Assembly (NCBI GenBank): GCA_002292375.1
Contig: DBBV01000020.1
Span: 8,197 to 72,196 of the forward strand
Length of the DNA: 64,000 nucleotides
DNA from: Methylococcaceae bacterium UBA975
Lineage (GTDB): Bacteria; Pseudomonadota; Gammaproteobacteria; Methylococcales; Cycloclasticaceae
Reading direction: 5' to 3'
A program made the position numbers and the translations under genes. Every line of letters begins with the position of its first letter. Position 1 is the first letter of the stretch. This document shows positions 38,396-49,563 of this stretch, in pieces. The notes beneath the pieces were generated by a model. It worked only from the letters and a program-made list of their open reading frames with translations, did not search any database and was not told the DNA's origin.

Positions 38396-38419
38396 TATAC
38401 AAAATAATATTCTTGTATA
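38396..38419. promoter_or_regulatory. Palindromic operator between the divergent operons, possibly for the MerR-family regulator
   Basis: TATACAA-N10-TTGTATA. Confidence 0.5.
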
Positions 38420-38469
38420 AGTATTTGTAAATTGGTAATCTAAAGTAACGTTGATAAGGGGTATTAGCA

Positions 38470-39414
38470 GTGAAAATAAAAGTAGGCATCAGTAGTTGTT
38501 TGCTGGGCAATGAAGTACGTTTTGATGGTGGACATAAACATTCTCGCTTGTGCAGTGACAACTTATCTCGCTATTTTGACTTTATACCCGAGTGCCCAGA
38601 AGTTGCTAGCGGCATGTCAATCCCTCGCAAACCCATACGCCAAATTGGCGACATTAACTCGCCTAGCGTTGTTGCTGTTCACGACAACAGCTTAGATTAT
38701 ACCGACCAACTGAATACGTTTAGCAAAAACAAGGCCAAGCAATTAGATCATCTATGTGGCTATGTTTTTATGCAAAAATCACCCAGTTGCGGTGTTTTTC
38801 GGGTCAAGGTATTTCAAGAAAGCGGTTATCCAGCCGCCGAACCAGGGCGTGGGGTTTATGCAAAAGCCGTTATGGATGCCAACCCATTATTACCCGTTGA
38901 AGAATCGGGCCGATTAGAAGATGCCGTCTTGCGGGAAAACTTTATCACCCGGGTTTATGCATACCACAACTGGCAACAATTAAATAAACAAGGGCTTAGC
39001 CACCACAGCATTATTGAATTTCACGCCAGTTATAAATATTGCCTTATGGCGCGCTCTCCGACTCATTATGTTGAACTGGGGCGACTATTAGCCGATGCTG
39101 GGAAGCATGATATTGATGAATTAGCTAAGCGTTATTTTAGCTTATTGATGGAAAAACTGAGTATTCTAGCCACCCGTAAAACCCATACTAATGTGTTGAT
39201 GCATTTACAAGGCTATTTGAAAAAGGTCTTGTCCGCTAAAGAAAAACAAGAGCTTGGCAACATCATTGACCAATACCGCACCAATCAAGTGCCATTAATT
39301 GTTCCGATTACCCTACTTAAACACCACTTTAGTAACCACCCTGACCCCTACATTGCTAAACAGGCTTATTTGCAACCCTACCCCGACGATTTGAGTTTAC
39401 GAAATGCCATCTGA
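38470..39414 (+). CDS. DUF523/DUF1722 (YbgA-like) protein
   Basis: GISSCLLGNEVRFDGGH, KSPSCG, EEsGRL, YLQPYP. Confidence 0.92.
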   Translation: MKIKVGISSCLLGNEVRFDGGHKHSRLCSDNLSRYFDFIPECPEVASGMSIPRKPIRQIGDINSPSVVAVHDNSLDYTDQLNTFSKNKAKQLDHLCGYVFMQKSPSCGVFRVKVFQESGYPAAEPGRGVYAKAVMDANPLLPVEESGRLEDAVLRENFITRVYAYHNWQQLNKQGLSHHSIIEFHASYKYCLMARSPTHYVELGRLLADAGKHDIDELAKRYFSLLMEKLSILATRKTHTNVLMHLQGYLKKVLSAKEKQELGNIIDQYRTNQVPLIVPITLLKHHFSNHPDPYIAKQAYLQPYPDDLSLRNAI

Positions 39415-40306
39415 ACAAGCATTTACTATTGGTGATGTTAGCCAGCAAACTGGCGTTGCATCTGTCACCTTACGTGCATGGGAACGTCGATATGGATTAA
39501 TTAAGCCGCAAAGAACACCAAAAGGCCACCGCGTTTATAACCAAAACAATATTCAGCAAATTCAACACATTTTGTCGTGGCTTAACCGCGGCGTAGCAAT
39601 TAGCAAAGTGCCCGCATTGCTTGCCAGTGGCAAGTCATCCAACGATATAGCTTCAACTGATGAACAATGGGTAAAGCAACAAAACGGATTTCTAGCGGCA
39701 CTAACACAGCTTAAGCAGCGCGGCTTAGACCAACTGCTTGACGAATTGAACAAGGCGACGCCCTTTGTCACGTTATGTGAGCAGGTATACCAACCTTTAC
39801 ACGCGCTATTGATACAGCGCTGGCAACAGCAACCGTTAGGCTACCAACTGGAACAACAATTGTGGGAACAGGGTTGGCAACGCCAAGTGATGATTGTGAC
39901 GTTACGTACCGACAAACAAAAAGCACAAGGGACGTGCTACTTAGTGAGTCTGGACGCTGTTGGACCGTCGCTAAATTACTACTTGCTACATATCCAGCTA
40001 TTGCAAAGCGGCATTCGCGTGAATGCCTTTAATACAGTTGATGATTTAGCTGGCTTAAAACGCCTGAATAATAATGCGGAATTGCCATTAATGATTTTTG
40101 CAGATCAACGCGTAGAGCAAACAACATTTAATCAATTATCTAAGTTAAGCAACTTATGGCAAGAAGACATCATCTGCGTAGGCCGTATGGCAGATATTCA
40201 CGATAAACAACTAGCTGATATACCCCTTAATTCGGTTGGCGGCAACATGAGTGAATGTTGGCACTCAACCGTTATGCAAGCTTGGTTCGCTAAATTAAAA
40301 AAATAA
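39404..40306 (+). CDS. MerR-family transcriptional regulator (LitR/CarH-like position)
   Basis: TLRAWERRYGLIKPQRTPKGHRVY; immediately upstream of the photolyase. Confidence 0.88.
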   Translation: MPSEQAFTIGDVSQQTGVASVTLRAWERRYGLIKPQRTPKGHRVYNQNNIQQIQHILSWLNRGVAISKVPALLASGKSSNDIASTDEQWVKQQNGFLAALTQLKQRGLDQLLDELNKATPFVTLCEQVYQPLHALLIQRWQQQPLGYQLEQQLWEQGWQRQVMIVTLRTDKQKAQGTCYLVSLDAVGPSLNYYLLHIQLLQSGIRVNAFNTVDDLAGLKRLNNNAELPLMIFADQRVEQTTFNQLSKLSNLWQEDIICVGRMADIHDKQLADIPLNSVGGNMSECWHSTVMQAWFAKLKK

Positions 40307-41721
40307 TGTCACAGCAATTAGTTTGGTTTCGCAATGATTTGCGCATAAAAGATAACCCGGCGCTTTTTCATGCTTGCCAAGCAGAGCAAGCTGTAACTGC
40401 CATTTACATCGCAACCCCACATCAATGGCAAAAACACGATGATGCTGCAGTTAAAATAGATTTCTGGCGCCGCAATCTTTTTGAACTACAACAAGATTTG
40501 GCTAAACTTAATATTCAACTGCATTTTTTTGAGGAGGACAGCTATCAGCAAATACCGGATTTAATTGCCACTATTTTCCAACAATGGCAAATCAATCAAC
40601 TGTATTTTAACCAAGAGTACCAAGCCAACGAACAGCAAAGAGATCAGGCCGTTATGGAGCGTTGTCAAAAAATTGGACTGTCATATCAACACTATCATGA
40701 CCAGTTACTCTTACCACCAGCGAGTTTAAGGACGAAGGCAGGCACACCCTTTAAGGTGTTTACGCCTTTTTCAAAGCACGCTAGACGACACCTATTGAAT
40801 TCTTTTCATATTTACCCAGCACCCGAGCCTTGTAAAAAAACGACTGTCGATAAGTTGAAACATCAATGCGACTTAAGAGAAATATCGTGGCCAACGGTGT
40901 CAAAAAGTTTGTACAACTTTTGGCCCGCAGGTGAGCAAAAAGCCATAGCGAGACTAGCCGAATTTTTCCAACAACCTATTCGCAGTTACCAAAATAACCG
41001 CAATCTACCTGCAGTACTCGGTACCAGTCGCCTATCGCCTTATTTGGCGAGCGGCATTATTTCAATCCGCCAATGTTGGCAAGCTTCTGAACAATACGGA
41101 GAAGTTAATACAGACATACATATTTGGCAAAATGAATTGCTATGGCGAGAATTTTACAAACATACACTGATTGATTACCCACAAGTTTCTAGGCATAAAC
41201 CGTGGAAAATACAAACTGAACAAATTGAATGGCGACATGATGGCGAACAATTAAGTGCATGGCAGCAAGGTAAAACTGGATTCCCTCTTATTGATGCAGC
41301 CATGCGACAATTACTGACGCAGGGTTGGATGCACAATCGTTTACGCATGATAGTGGCGATGTTTTTAACTAAACATTTATTAATTGATTGGCGCTTAGGT
41401 GAGCGATGGTTTATGCAACATTTGATCGATGGTGATTTGGCAGCAAACAATGGGGGCTGGCAATGGTGTGCATCAACAGGAACTGATGCCGTTCCCTACT
41501 TCAGAATTTTCAATCCCGTCACTCAATCACAACGGTTTGATCCGAAAGGCACCTTTATTCGCCATTATTTACCCGAGTTGGCTCACTTGTCCGATAAAGA
41601 GATTCACTTACCGAACGTTAAAAATAAGCCTGAGAATTACCCAGAACCCATTGTCGATTTAAAGGTCTGCCGGATTAGAGCTCTTTCAGCCTTTAAGAAG
41701 CTAAAACAAAACGTTAATTAA
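40306..41721 (+). CDS. phrB: Class I CPD DNA photolyase
   Basis: WFRNDLR, TSRLSPYL, GWMHNRLRM, NNGGWQW, FRIFNP. Confidence 0.95.
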   Translation: MSQQLVWFRNDLRIKDNPALFHACQAEQAVTAIYIATPHQWQKHDDAAVKIDFWRRNLFELQQDLAKLNIQLHFFEEDSYQQIPDLIATIFQQWQINQLYFNQEYQANEQQRDQAVMERCQKIGLSYQHYHDQLLLPPASLRTKAGTPFKVFTPFSKHARRHLLNSFHIYPAPEPCKKTTVDKLKHQCDLREISWPTVSKSLYNFWPAGEQKAIARLAEFFQQPIRSYQNNRNLPAVLGTSRLSPYLASGIISIRQCWQASEQYGEVNTDIHIWQNELLWREFYKHTLIDYPQVSRHKPWKIQTEQIEWRHDGEQLSAWQQGKTGFPLIDAAMRQLLTQGWMHNRLRMIVAMFLTKHLLIDWRLGERWFMQHLIDGDLAANNGGWQWCASTGTDAVPYFRIFNPVTQSQRFDPKGTFIRHYLPELAHLSDKEIHLPNVKNKPENYPEPIVDLKVCRIRALSAFKKLKQNVN

Positions 41722-41732
41722 AGGATAAAACA

Positions 41733-42242
41733 ATGCGTTATTTTTTATATGGTTTTCTTTTCATTCTATCGGGTTGTGTTGGCATCCCCGAGGGCGTTCA
41801 ACCCGTTTCAAACTTTGAGCTTAATAAGTATTTAGGCAAATGGTATGAAGTTGCTCGACTAGATCATTCGTTTGAAAGAGGCTTAAACCAAGTAAGCGCA
41901 GAGTACAGCTTGAGAAAAGACGGTGGTGTAAACGTTATTAACCGCGGGTTTTCGTCTGAAAATAATGAGTGGAAAGAAGCGTTAGGTAAAGCCTATTTTG
42001 TTAACGAACCAAACGAAGGTTATTTAAAGGTTTCTTTTTTTTGGCCGTTTTATGGTTCTTATATTGTTTTTGAGTTGGACAAAGAACGTTACCAATATGC
42101 CTTCATATCCGGGCCGGATACGGATTATTTATGGTTGTTATCAAGAACTCCCACCGTTGAACCTGAAGTTATGGAAAAGTTTATCTCAATGTCTGAAGCA
42201 CGCGGATTTGATACATCACAATTGATTGTCGTTGAACATTAA
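41733..42242 (+). CDS. blc: Outer-membrane lipocalin lipoprotein Blc
   Basis: LSGC lipobox, YLGKWYEVARL, YLWLLSR. Confidence 0.93.
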   Translation: MRYFLYGFLFILSGCVGIPEGVQPVSNFELNKYLGKWYEVARLDHSFERGLNQVSAEYSLRKDGGVNVINRGFSSENNEWKEALGKAYFVNEPNEGYLKVSFFWPFYGSYIVFELDKERYQYAFISGPDTDYLWLLSRTPTVEPEVMEKFISMSEARGFDTSQLIVVEH

Positions 42243-42291
42243 TAACACTTAAACTGTATCGACGATAAGTTGAAAAAACATAGGAGCTAGC

Positions 42292-42672
42292 ATGGCAAAG
42301 CTTTTTGATTACTTTCAGATAAGGGGCTTCACACTGAAAAATCATGTGTGCGTTTCACCTATGAGCCAATACAGAGCAAAAGATGGCGCGGCCAATCATT
42401 GGCCCGGCTTTTCAAGCCGATTTTGCCAAAGAAAAACGCCAACATTGCATCAATGGCGGTTGGTTATATGGGATGCGCGTGTTGTAAATACGGTTATCGA
42501 ATCGGGGCAAGCCGACCTTATCGCCATTGGAAGAGAGTTGTTGAACAACCCTAATTGGGCTTTACAGGCAGCCAAAAAAATTGCAGCGGATGGTAATTAT
42601 TCCCTGTGGGACCCAGCCTTTGGTTGGTGGTTAAGCAAACGCGAACGCGTTATGCGTAAATTGGGACTTTGA
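42292..42672 (+). pseudogene. Internally deleted and frameshifted NADH:flavin oxidoreductase (YqjM/XenA-like)
   Basis: N-terminus LKNHVCVSPMSQY and C-terminus GQADLIAIGRELL remain; only 126 codons; NIASMAVGY lies in another frame. Confidence 0.8.
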
Positions 42673-42743
42673 TAAGCCTGTAAACAAACCCTAACTTAAT
42701 ACTACACTAGGCCACATTACTTAAATTTATAATGAGAGCAAAA

Positions 42744-43202
42744 ATGAACAAACATGATGAATTACCTACCGAGCATCACGACCCTTTAATTTCTGTTCTA
42801 CATAAGGCAATTTAATTTGCCATTAGAATATTAGCTGTGTTGATGGTACTGGTTATTTTTTGGGGCGTAGCCGATGTTTTGTACGTCATGTACAACCAGC
42901 TTATTGCGCCTCCTTTTTTACTGTTAAGCCTGTCCGATATCTTTAAAACGTTCGCAGCATTTTTAGCTGTTTTAATTGCAATTGAAATTTTTCAAAATAT
43001 TGTTTTGTACCTAAGAACAGATGTATTCCCATTAAGATTAGTTATCGCAACCGCTATGATGGCAATGGCAAGAAAAGTCATTATTATTGACTTTAAGTTT
43101 GTGGTTCCTATGCATATGTTTGCCCTGGCTAGCATCATTTTGGCATTAGGCATCACTTATTACTTGTTAGGAAAAAATAAAGAGGACGTTGTTAAATTAT
43201 GA
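42744..43202 (+). pseudogene. PsiE-family membrane protein gene with an in-frame nonsense codon
   Basis: ATG 42744 MNKHDELPTEHHDPLISVLHKAI*FAIRILAVLM; TAA at 42813-42815; the rest has IAIEIFQNI...MARKVII. Confidence 0.75.
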
Positions 43203-43579
43203 AGGCATTGTTACTCGTCGCACACGGGAGCCGACGCAAACAATCGAACGACGAAGTTGAGACCTTAGCTGAAAAACTTAAAAACAACTGTGGCGAGCAG
43301 TACGGCATTGTTAAGTCTGCTTTTTTAGAGCTTGCCGATGTGTTGATTCCTGATGGTATCGAACAATGTATTGAGGATGGCGCAACGTCTATTACTATCC
43401 TACCCTACTTCCTTAATTCTGGACGTCACGTGGTGACAGACATACCCAACATCATCAACACCTGCACCATCCAACACCCAAACATCAATATAAGCCTTGC
43501 ACCTCATTTGGGAGCTTCCGATTTAATGATTGATTTATTGATTACATCCGCCGTTAATGCGAAATCAGTTGAGGCTTAA
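43199..43579 (+). CDS. Short CbiX/SirB-type chelatase
   Basis: LLVAHGSR, AFLEL, PYFLNSGRHV..DIP, HLG. Confidence 0.9.
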   Translation: MKALLLVAHGSRRKQSNDEVETLAEKLKNNCGEQYGIVKSAFLELADVLIPDGIEQCIEDGATSITILPYFLNSGRHVVTDIPNIINTCTIQHPNINISLAPHLGASDLMIDLLITSAVNAKSVEA

Positions 43580-44070
43580 ATTTCTAAGCGCGGTTTTCGT
43601 AAAAATGTAACGAACAAAACAGCCCAAAATACTGTGCTAAACATAGTAAATTCAATCGGCATCTGTATGACGACAGAAGACAGTTTGCTTGCAGCCCAAT
43701 ACGAAGCCGGGCCAAATATGCCCCCCAGTATAACCGCAACCCATAGCTTGCCATTTATCCAGCTATAACACGTTTCAAACGTAATAGAAAAAAGCAACCA
43801 AAGTAGTAGTAACCAGAATGGTAAGGCCGATCCGTTACTAGCAAACTCGATTATTTGGAGTTTGGCTAAGCTCCAGTCTGTAATGCAGCCAATACTGAAC
43901 ATCAATAGTTTCGGCGAAAAGTACGCTAAATAAGAAATCGGTTTTGTCTTATATAAATCTACCACCAGATACAACAAAATCAAAGCGATTGCACCTAAGT
44001 AAAGCAGGTTCTCATGCCCTAAAACCAACACTAACCAACCGGCTTGAAATAATAAAACTGTTTGCCACAT
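43576..44070 (-). CDS. DUF2878-like membrane protein
   Basis: PFWLLLLWLLF, GGIFGPASYWAA; typical member of RpoE-ChrR clusters. Confidence 0.8.
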   Translation of the reverse strand: MWQTVLLFQAGWLVLVLGHENLLYLGAIALILLYLVVDLYKTKPISYLAYFSPKLLMFSIGCITDWSLAKLQIIEFASNGSALPFWLLLLWLLFSITFETCYSWINGKLWVAVILGGIFGPASYWAASKLSSVVIQMPIEFTMFSTVFWAVLFVTFLRKPRLEI

Positions 44071-44078
44071 GTTGATAG

Positions 44079-45374
44079 TTATTTCTCCAAGGGTGCTAGT
44101 GACATTGGAACACGCGCCAATGGCTTGACTAAGTGCAGTTGAGATACGCTGATGACCTGTTCTTTAAAGCCACCTTCACAGTAGCTGAAGTAGTATTCCC
44201 ACATTCGTATGAACGCGTCACTGAAGCCTTGTACTTTTATTTCTTCAATACGCTCTTTAAACGACTTTTTCCATTCATTTAACGTTCTCGCGTAATGCGT
44301 ACCGATGTCATCCATATTCGTCATTCGCAGGTCACCGGATTTAGTCAAACTGTGGCTAATGGCGTTAACAGACGGTATGCAACTACCAGGAAAAATATAG
44401 CGCTTTATGAAATCCACTTCACTTTTCGCGCTATTAAAACGCTGATCGCTAATCGTGATGGCTTGAAGTAACATTTCGCCATCGTCTTTTAAAAGATCAC
44501 TGCACTTAGCAAAGAAGGTATCAAAGTATTGATGCCCAACCGCTTCGATCATTTCTATAGACACCAACTTATCGTACTGTCCAGTGAGCTCACGGTAGTC
44601 ATGTTTTAATAAGGTGATTTTATCGCTTAAGCCTGCGTCTTCAACTTGTTCTTGCGTGTGTGCGTATTGCTCTTCAGAAATTGTAGTAGTGGTGACGTGA
44701 CAGCCATAATTCTTAGCAGCGTACATTGCAAAACCACCCCACCCTGTTCCAATTTCGATTACGTGATCTTCTGGCTTCAAATTTAAACGTGTACAAATCC
44801 TTTCTAATTTGTTGATCGATGCTTGCTCCATTGTGTCATCAGGGTGGTAGAAAATACCCGATGAATACATCATCGTTGGATCGAGAAATAACTTAAAAAA
44901 GTCATTACCTAGGTCGTAATGAGCAACAATATTGCTTTTACTTCCCGCGTGCGTATTTTTATTCAGCCAGTGAAACGCTTTTTTAATGGGGGTTGTGAAG
45001 CTTGCAAGCCCTGATTCCATTGAGTCCATAACAGATTGGTTTAGCGCAAATAGTTGAATAACCTTGGTCAGGTCTGGCGTGCGCCAGTAATCGCTTATAT
45101 AAGCTTCAGCAGCACCTACACTACCACCTAATGCTATATACCAATAAAACTCGCTATTCAAAACGTTCATTTCAACGACTAAATCGCTACGCTTATTGCC
45201 GACAAACGTTTGCGTTTCTCTATTGTCTGTCAAGGTTAATTGGCCGTACTGAAGGTGACTTAAGTGTTTAAACACGGCTTTTTTTAAGGCCTTAGTAAAA
45301 GAGGTATTTCTACTATTACTTGTTTTGTTTTCTAAGTGTTCCGTTAGTTTTTTTACTGATGCTGAATTACTCAT
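44079..45374 (-). CDS. cfa: Cyclopropane-fatty-acyl-phospholipid synthase family methyltransferase (UfaM-like)
   Basis: HYDLGNDFF, MMYSS, EIGTGWG, VSIEMIEAVG. Confidence 0.92.
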   Translation of the reverse strand: MSNSASVKKLTEHLENKTSNSRNTSFTKALKKAVFKHLSHLQYGQLTLTDNRETQTFVGNKRSDLVVEMNVLNSEFYWYIALGGSVGAAEAYISDYWRTPDLTKVIQLFALNQSVMDSMESGLASFTTPIKKAFHWLNKNTHAGSKSNIVAHYDLGNDFFKLFLDPTMMYSSGIFYHPDDTMEQASINKLERICTRLNLKPEDHVIEIGTGWGGFAMYAAKNYGCHVTTTTISEEQYAHTQEQVEDAGLSDKITLLKHDYRELTGQYDKLVSIEMIEAVGHQYFDTFFAKCSDLLKDDGEMLLQAITISDQRFNSAKSEVDFIKRYIFPGSCIPSVNAISHSLTKSGDLRMTNMDDIGTHYARTLNEWKKSFKERIEEIKVQGFSDAFIRMWEYYFSYCEGGFKEQVISVSQLHLVKPLARVPMSLAPLEK

Positions 45375-45428
45375 ATAAATCCTTTAAATTAGCTTTAAAC
45401 GTTATTACGTTTCTATCCTATTTGTCAG

Positions 45429-46202
45429 TTACTTGGCGCTGTGGCTATCTGGGTGGTCATAAAAAGGTATTTTTCTTAACCATAATTTTAATGATTGCCA
45501 ATAAATACCGAACACCACTTGCCACGTCATCAGGGGGAATCTTACGAGGGCAGCGCACAGGTTTAAGGAATTAATCTCTTTGCGCTTTAAGGACAAATTA
45601 ACGTCAAAACACGTCACTTCTTCTTGCGTGTTTTTCATGTAAACGGCCAACTTGTCACCCGGTGTGTTAAAGCGCCATAAATAGCGCATATCCATTGGCA
45701 AAAATGGCGACACGTGAAATTTCTTTTCAAATTCGCTTCTAACCACTTTGCTTGTTTTGTGGTTTGTGCCTGATGATCTATTGTCTAAAACATAACAATA
45801 CCTTTCATTCCACGGCGTGTTATTTATTTGGGCCACAATAAAATCGAGCGTTTCGTTATTTTCTTTGTTAAAGCAATAGTAAAAGGAAACGGGATTAAAG
45901 CAGTATCCAAAATAGCTTAAATGCGTCAGTAATCTAATCGGGCCTTCTGGAATAACGCCCAATTGAGATTCGACTTCATTCTTAACGCCGGTTTTTATAC
46001 AACCGTTTTCATCGGCCAAATATTTTTTTGTATGGAAACTAGCCACGTTACGTTTGTTTAAGGACCAGAGCCAAAAACGATCAAACAACGTCGGCAGTTC
46101 ATCAAGGTCCAAGTACAACATAAATATATTGTATTGAAATTCGTTTTCTTTAGGCTTAAAACGCCTATGCCTAACGCGACCTGAGAATATTTTACTTTTC
46201 AC
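45429..46202 (-). CDS. DUF1365 protein (UfaO-like)
   Basis: [31 protein letters not shown]. Confidence 0.9.
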   Translation of the reverse strand: MKSKIFSGRVRHRRFKPKENEFQYNIFMLYLDLDELPTLFDRFWLWSLNKRNVASFHTKKYLADENGCIKTGVKNEVESQLGVIPEGPIRLLTHLSYFGYCFNPVSFYYCFNKENNETLDFIVAQINNTPWNERYCYVLDNRSSGTNHKTSKVVRSEFEKKFHVSPFLPMDMRYLWRFNTPGDKLAVYMKNTQEEVTCFDVNLSLKRKEINSLNLCAALVRFPLMTWQVVFGIYWQSLKLWLRKIPFYDHPDSHSAK

Positions 46203-47448
46203 TTAGTAGGTCCCTATCGAAGTCCTCGAGTGCTTGTAAAGTGCTGACAACGCCATCTTCATGAAAGCCGTAACGCCAATAAGCACCGCAATAATAGGTA
46301 CGATTTTGTCCATTCAACTCACTATGCTTTTGTTGTGCTTTTACACCCTCGATACTAAAAAATGGGTGCGTATATTGAAGCACCTTAATAATTTTATTGG
46401 GGTCAATTGCCGCTGTATTGTTAAGCGTTACACTAAATGTGTAATCGCTTTTAAGTGACTGCAAGATGTTCATATTGTAAGTCAGCGCAACGCGGTCTTT
46501 TTTTTCTTTCAACAAGTGATAATTCCAAGCACCCCATGCTAGTTTGTGTTTAGGTAATACGCTTTCGTCGTAATGTAATACGGCTTCATTATCGGTATAA
46601 GGTATTGCACCCAATACTTCGTTTTCTAGTGTCGAAGGTTCAGCCAACACACTTAACGCTTGGTCACTGTGCGAGGCGATAAAAACATAATCAAAACGTT
46701 CTTCTTCATGTCCTGCTGCTTTTACAAAAACGTCGTTCTCTGTCCTACGCACGTTTTCAACGGGCGCAGATAAAAGAATTTTATCTTTATGCCCAGCAAT
46801 AAGTGGTTTTAAATATTCGGAAGAACCGCCCTTAATAACGAACCACTCGGGCCGAACATCGACCGATAACATGCCGTGATTATGGAAAAACTGGACGAAA
46901 AAACGGGCCGGGAATGCAAACATACTATCGTGGTCGGTAGACCAAATTGCGGCACCCATAGGGATAATATAATCATGGATAAATTCTTTACCGTATTTAT
47001 TATCAGATAAATAATTACCCATTGATATTGAATGCGTATCGTCAGATAGCAAACTAAGACTTTCTTCATTAAAGCGTAGTATTTGTTTTATCATCCGATA
47101 AAAACGAGGTCTGAACAAGTTTCTACGTTGCGCGAATAATGTATTTAGATTTGTACCATTATACTCAAGACCCGTGCGTTCATTTTGGACGCTAAAACTC
47201 ATATCACTTGATTGATAATCGACATCCAATTCTTTTAATAACTTAATAAAGTTAGGGTACGTTTTTTTATTAAAGACGATAAAGCCTGTATCGATAATTT
47301 GTTTTTCACGACCCAACTCAATCGTATGGGTGTGCGTGTGTCCACCAACATAATTTTCGGCTTCGAAAACGGTAATATCGTGCTTTTTATTTAGGTGGTA
47401 CGCGGCTAAACTACCCGCTATGCCTGTGCCAACGACTGCGACCTTCAT
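46192..47448 (-). CDS. FAD-dependent amine-oxidase-family oxidoreductase (UfaD-like)
   Basis: [28 protein letters not shown]. Confidence 0.9.
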   Translation of the reverse strand: MKVAVVGTGIAGSLAAYHLNKKHDITVFEAENYVGGHTHTHTIELGREKQIIDTGFIVFNKKTYPNFIKLLKELDVDYQSSDMSFSVQNERTGLEYNGTNLNTLFAQRRNLFRPRFYRMIKQILRFNEESLSLLSDDTHSISMGNYLSDNKYGKEFIHDYIIPMGAAIWSTDHDSMFAFPARFFVQFFHNHGMLSVDVRPEWFVIKGGSSEYLKPLIAGHKDKILLSAPVENVRRTENDVFVKAAGHEEERFDYVFIASHSDQALSVLAEPSTLENEVLGAIPYTDNEAVLHYDESVLPKHKLAWGAWNYHLLKEKKDRVALTYNMNILQSLKSDYTFSVTLNNTAAIDPNKIIKVLQYTHPFFSIEGVKAQQKHSELNGQNRTYYCGAYWRYGFHEDGVVSTLQALEDFDRDLLSEK

Positions 47449-48212
47449 CGGTTAGATTCTGGCACTGTTTTACTTAATATTTTTGCCGCCAACCCAGCCG
47501 GCAAATAAGAAACTAATTTTAAGAAATACGTGAAGCGCTTAGGGAAATGGATTTCTGTGGTTTGTTTTTCTAGGTGCTTAACGATTGTGTTGGTTGCTTC
47601 ATCAATGCTCACCCTAAAAGGCATATCGAAGGTATTTTTATCGGTTAGCGGGGTTTTAACAAACCCGGGGCATATCCAACTAACGGCTATATTTTTTGGT
47701 GCCAGCTCAATTTTCAAACCTTGAAATAAATTCCTTATCGCGGCTTTACTTGCTGAATAGGCCTGCCCAGAAGGAAGGCCTTGCCATCCAACACTAGAAC
47801 TCATGCCAACCAAATAAGCAGCATCAGACTCTTTTAATAACGGCATGGCAGCTTCAATTCCCCTTACCATAGAGAAGTAGTTGGCTTCTATCATTCGTTC
47901 AAATGGCGCCGCAGAGAAATTATAAACATCAACATATTCAGCGGTGCCTGCATTAAAAATAACGCAGTCCAATCCGCCAGCTAAGGTTCTAATTTGTTCC
48001 ACTATTTCTTTATTAACATCAACAGATGTTAAGTCGCCAGACAATATGCTTATAGATTGCTTATCGGCAAAACTTTCATTTAATTTTTCCACATTTCTTG
48101 CACTAACAAACACATTGGCGCCTTTTTCAGCCAACTCATTAGCCAATCCCATACCTATGCCGCTGGAAGCCCCAGTGATCCAAACATGCTTACCTTTAAA
48201 ATCATATGCCAT
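47445..48212 (-). CDS. Short-chain dehydrogenase/reductase
   Basis: TGASSGIG, YSASK, PGFVKT. Confidence 0.9.
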   Translation of the reverse strand: MAYDFKGKHVWITGASSGIGMGLANELAEKGANVFVSARNVEKLNESFADKQSISILSGDLTSVDVNKEIVEQIRTLAGGLDCVIFNAGTAEYVDVYNFSAAPFERMIEANYFSMVRGIEAAMPLLKESDAAYLVGMSSSVGWQGLPSGQAYSASKAAIRNLFQGLKIELAPKNIAVSWICPGFVKTPLTDKNTFDMPFRVSIDEATNTIVKHLEKQTTEIHFPKRFTYFLKLVSYLPAGLAAKILSKTVPESNR

Positions 48213-48628
48213 TAGAGTTTCCGTTTAATCCAGGCGATTATTGTCCCTAGCACCGGTATTTGCTCATACAACATCTTCCCCGCATCAAAGTAGTCTCGGT
48301 GATAGTTTATTTTATCGTTTTCATCTGTTTGTAAATGCGTAACGCCAGGAACAACATAACTTTTCCCTTGATTAAGTTTTGAATGGGCTAAGTTCATATT
48401 CCAGGTCACGAAATGGCTATTTTCTAAAGACTTTATTTCTATAAAATCAAAACTAATTGAAGAGACGTTTTCATATAAATCAGCAAAATAAACCGTTAAA
48501 TCATCCAGTCCTTCAATTTTATTCAAGGGGTCGATAAACGTGACGTCTTCACTGTAAAGCTCCCCCAGTAGCTCGAGATTATCTTTGTTCAGTTGTTGGT
48601 AAATTTGAGTGAATTTTTCAGTGCTCAT
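48212..48628 (-). CDS. SnoaL/NTF2-like protein
   Basis: YSEDVTFIDP, HRDYFD. Confidence 0.88.
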   Translation of the reverse strand: MSTEKFTQIYQQLNKDNLELLGELYSEDVTFIDPLNKIEGLDDLTVYFADLYENVSSISFDFIEIKSLENSHFVTWNMNLAHSKLNQGKSYVVPGVTHLQTDENDKINYHRDYFDAGKMLYEQIPVLGTIIAWIKRKL

Positions 48629-48630
48629 GG

Positions 48631-49563
48631 CTATTTCCTTGCGATCTCTTTTTGCACTTCAATTGGTATCGGTTTTAAGTCCCAAACTAGCCCGCACCAA
48701 CTCATGATTTTTAACACATAAAAAGTAATATCAAGTTCCCACCACACAAAACCCTGTCTCGCGCTTCCAGGATAATAGTGGTGGTTATTATGCCAACCTT
48801 CGCCTAGTGTAATAATAGCTAACAGCGCGTTGTTACGGCTGTCATCAGGGGTATCAAAGCGTCGGCTGCCGTACCGATGCGCAAGAGAATTTATCGTGTA
48901 GGTTCCGTGATACAAAGCGACTGTTGATATAAAAAATCCCCATACAATCATTTGCGCACCTGTAGTTTCCAAATGAGGGTAATAAGCAGCCATTAGCGAG
49001 CCCACGCAATAGAGGACAATTATCAGCACTAACGGTGCCGTTATATCGAACCGATCAAGCCACCTTAATTCTGGGAATTTATTAAAATCTTTTATCTTAT
49101 CCGTTCGCGTAAGGAGATTTTTGGGTGATAAGAACCAAAGACAATGGCTCCAAATGAAACCTTGTAATCTAGGTGAATGCGGATCTTCTTCTTTATCAGA
49201 AGCATGATGATGAGTTCTATGATGTGCCGCCCACCATAACGGGCCTCTTTGTGCAGAACTTGCCCCCATAAAAGCAAAAAAGAACTGCATAAAACGCGAT
49301 GTTTTAAACAGTTTATGTGAAAAATATCGGTGATAAAAACCGGTGATAGCAAACATCCTTATAAAATATAAAGCAACTGCGGTCCACATGGCTATCCAGC
49401 TAAAACCCACCCAAATAACGGCCAATACCATTAAATGCATAAAAACAAATGGCGTTACCTGGCTCCAGCCCAGTTTATTTGGATTTTCAGTTTCATCTTG
49501 ATTGACACTTGATTTAGCATCAAACCATAAAAGCATGGGTTTTAATCTATTTAGCAAACGCAT
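48631..49563 (-). CDS. Membrane acyl-CoA (delta-9-like) fatty acid desaturase
   Basis: Three His boxes HRYFSH, HRTHH, HNNHH. Confidence 0.92.
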   Translation of the reverse strand: MRLLNRLKPMLLWFDAKSSVNQDETENPNKLGWSQVTPFVFMHLMVLAVIWVGFSWIAMWTAVALYFIRMFAITGFYHRYFSHKLFKTSRFMQFFFAFMGASSAQRGPLWWAAHHRTHHHASDKEEDPHSPRLQGFIWSHCLWFLSPKNLLTRTDKIKDFNKFPELRWLDRFDITAPLVLIIVLYCVGSLMAAYYPHLETTGAQMIVWGFFISTVALYHGTYTINSLAHRYGSRRFDTPDDSRNNALLAIITLGEGWHNNHHYYPGSARQGFVWWELDITFYVLKIMSWCGLVWDLKPIPIEVQKEIARK

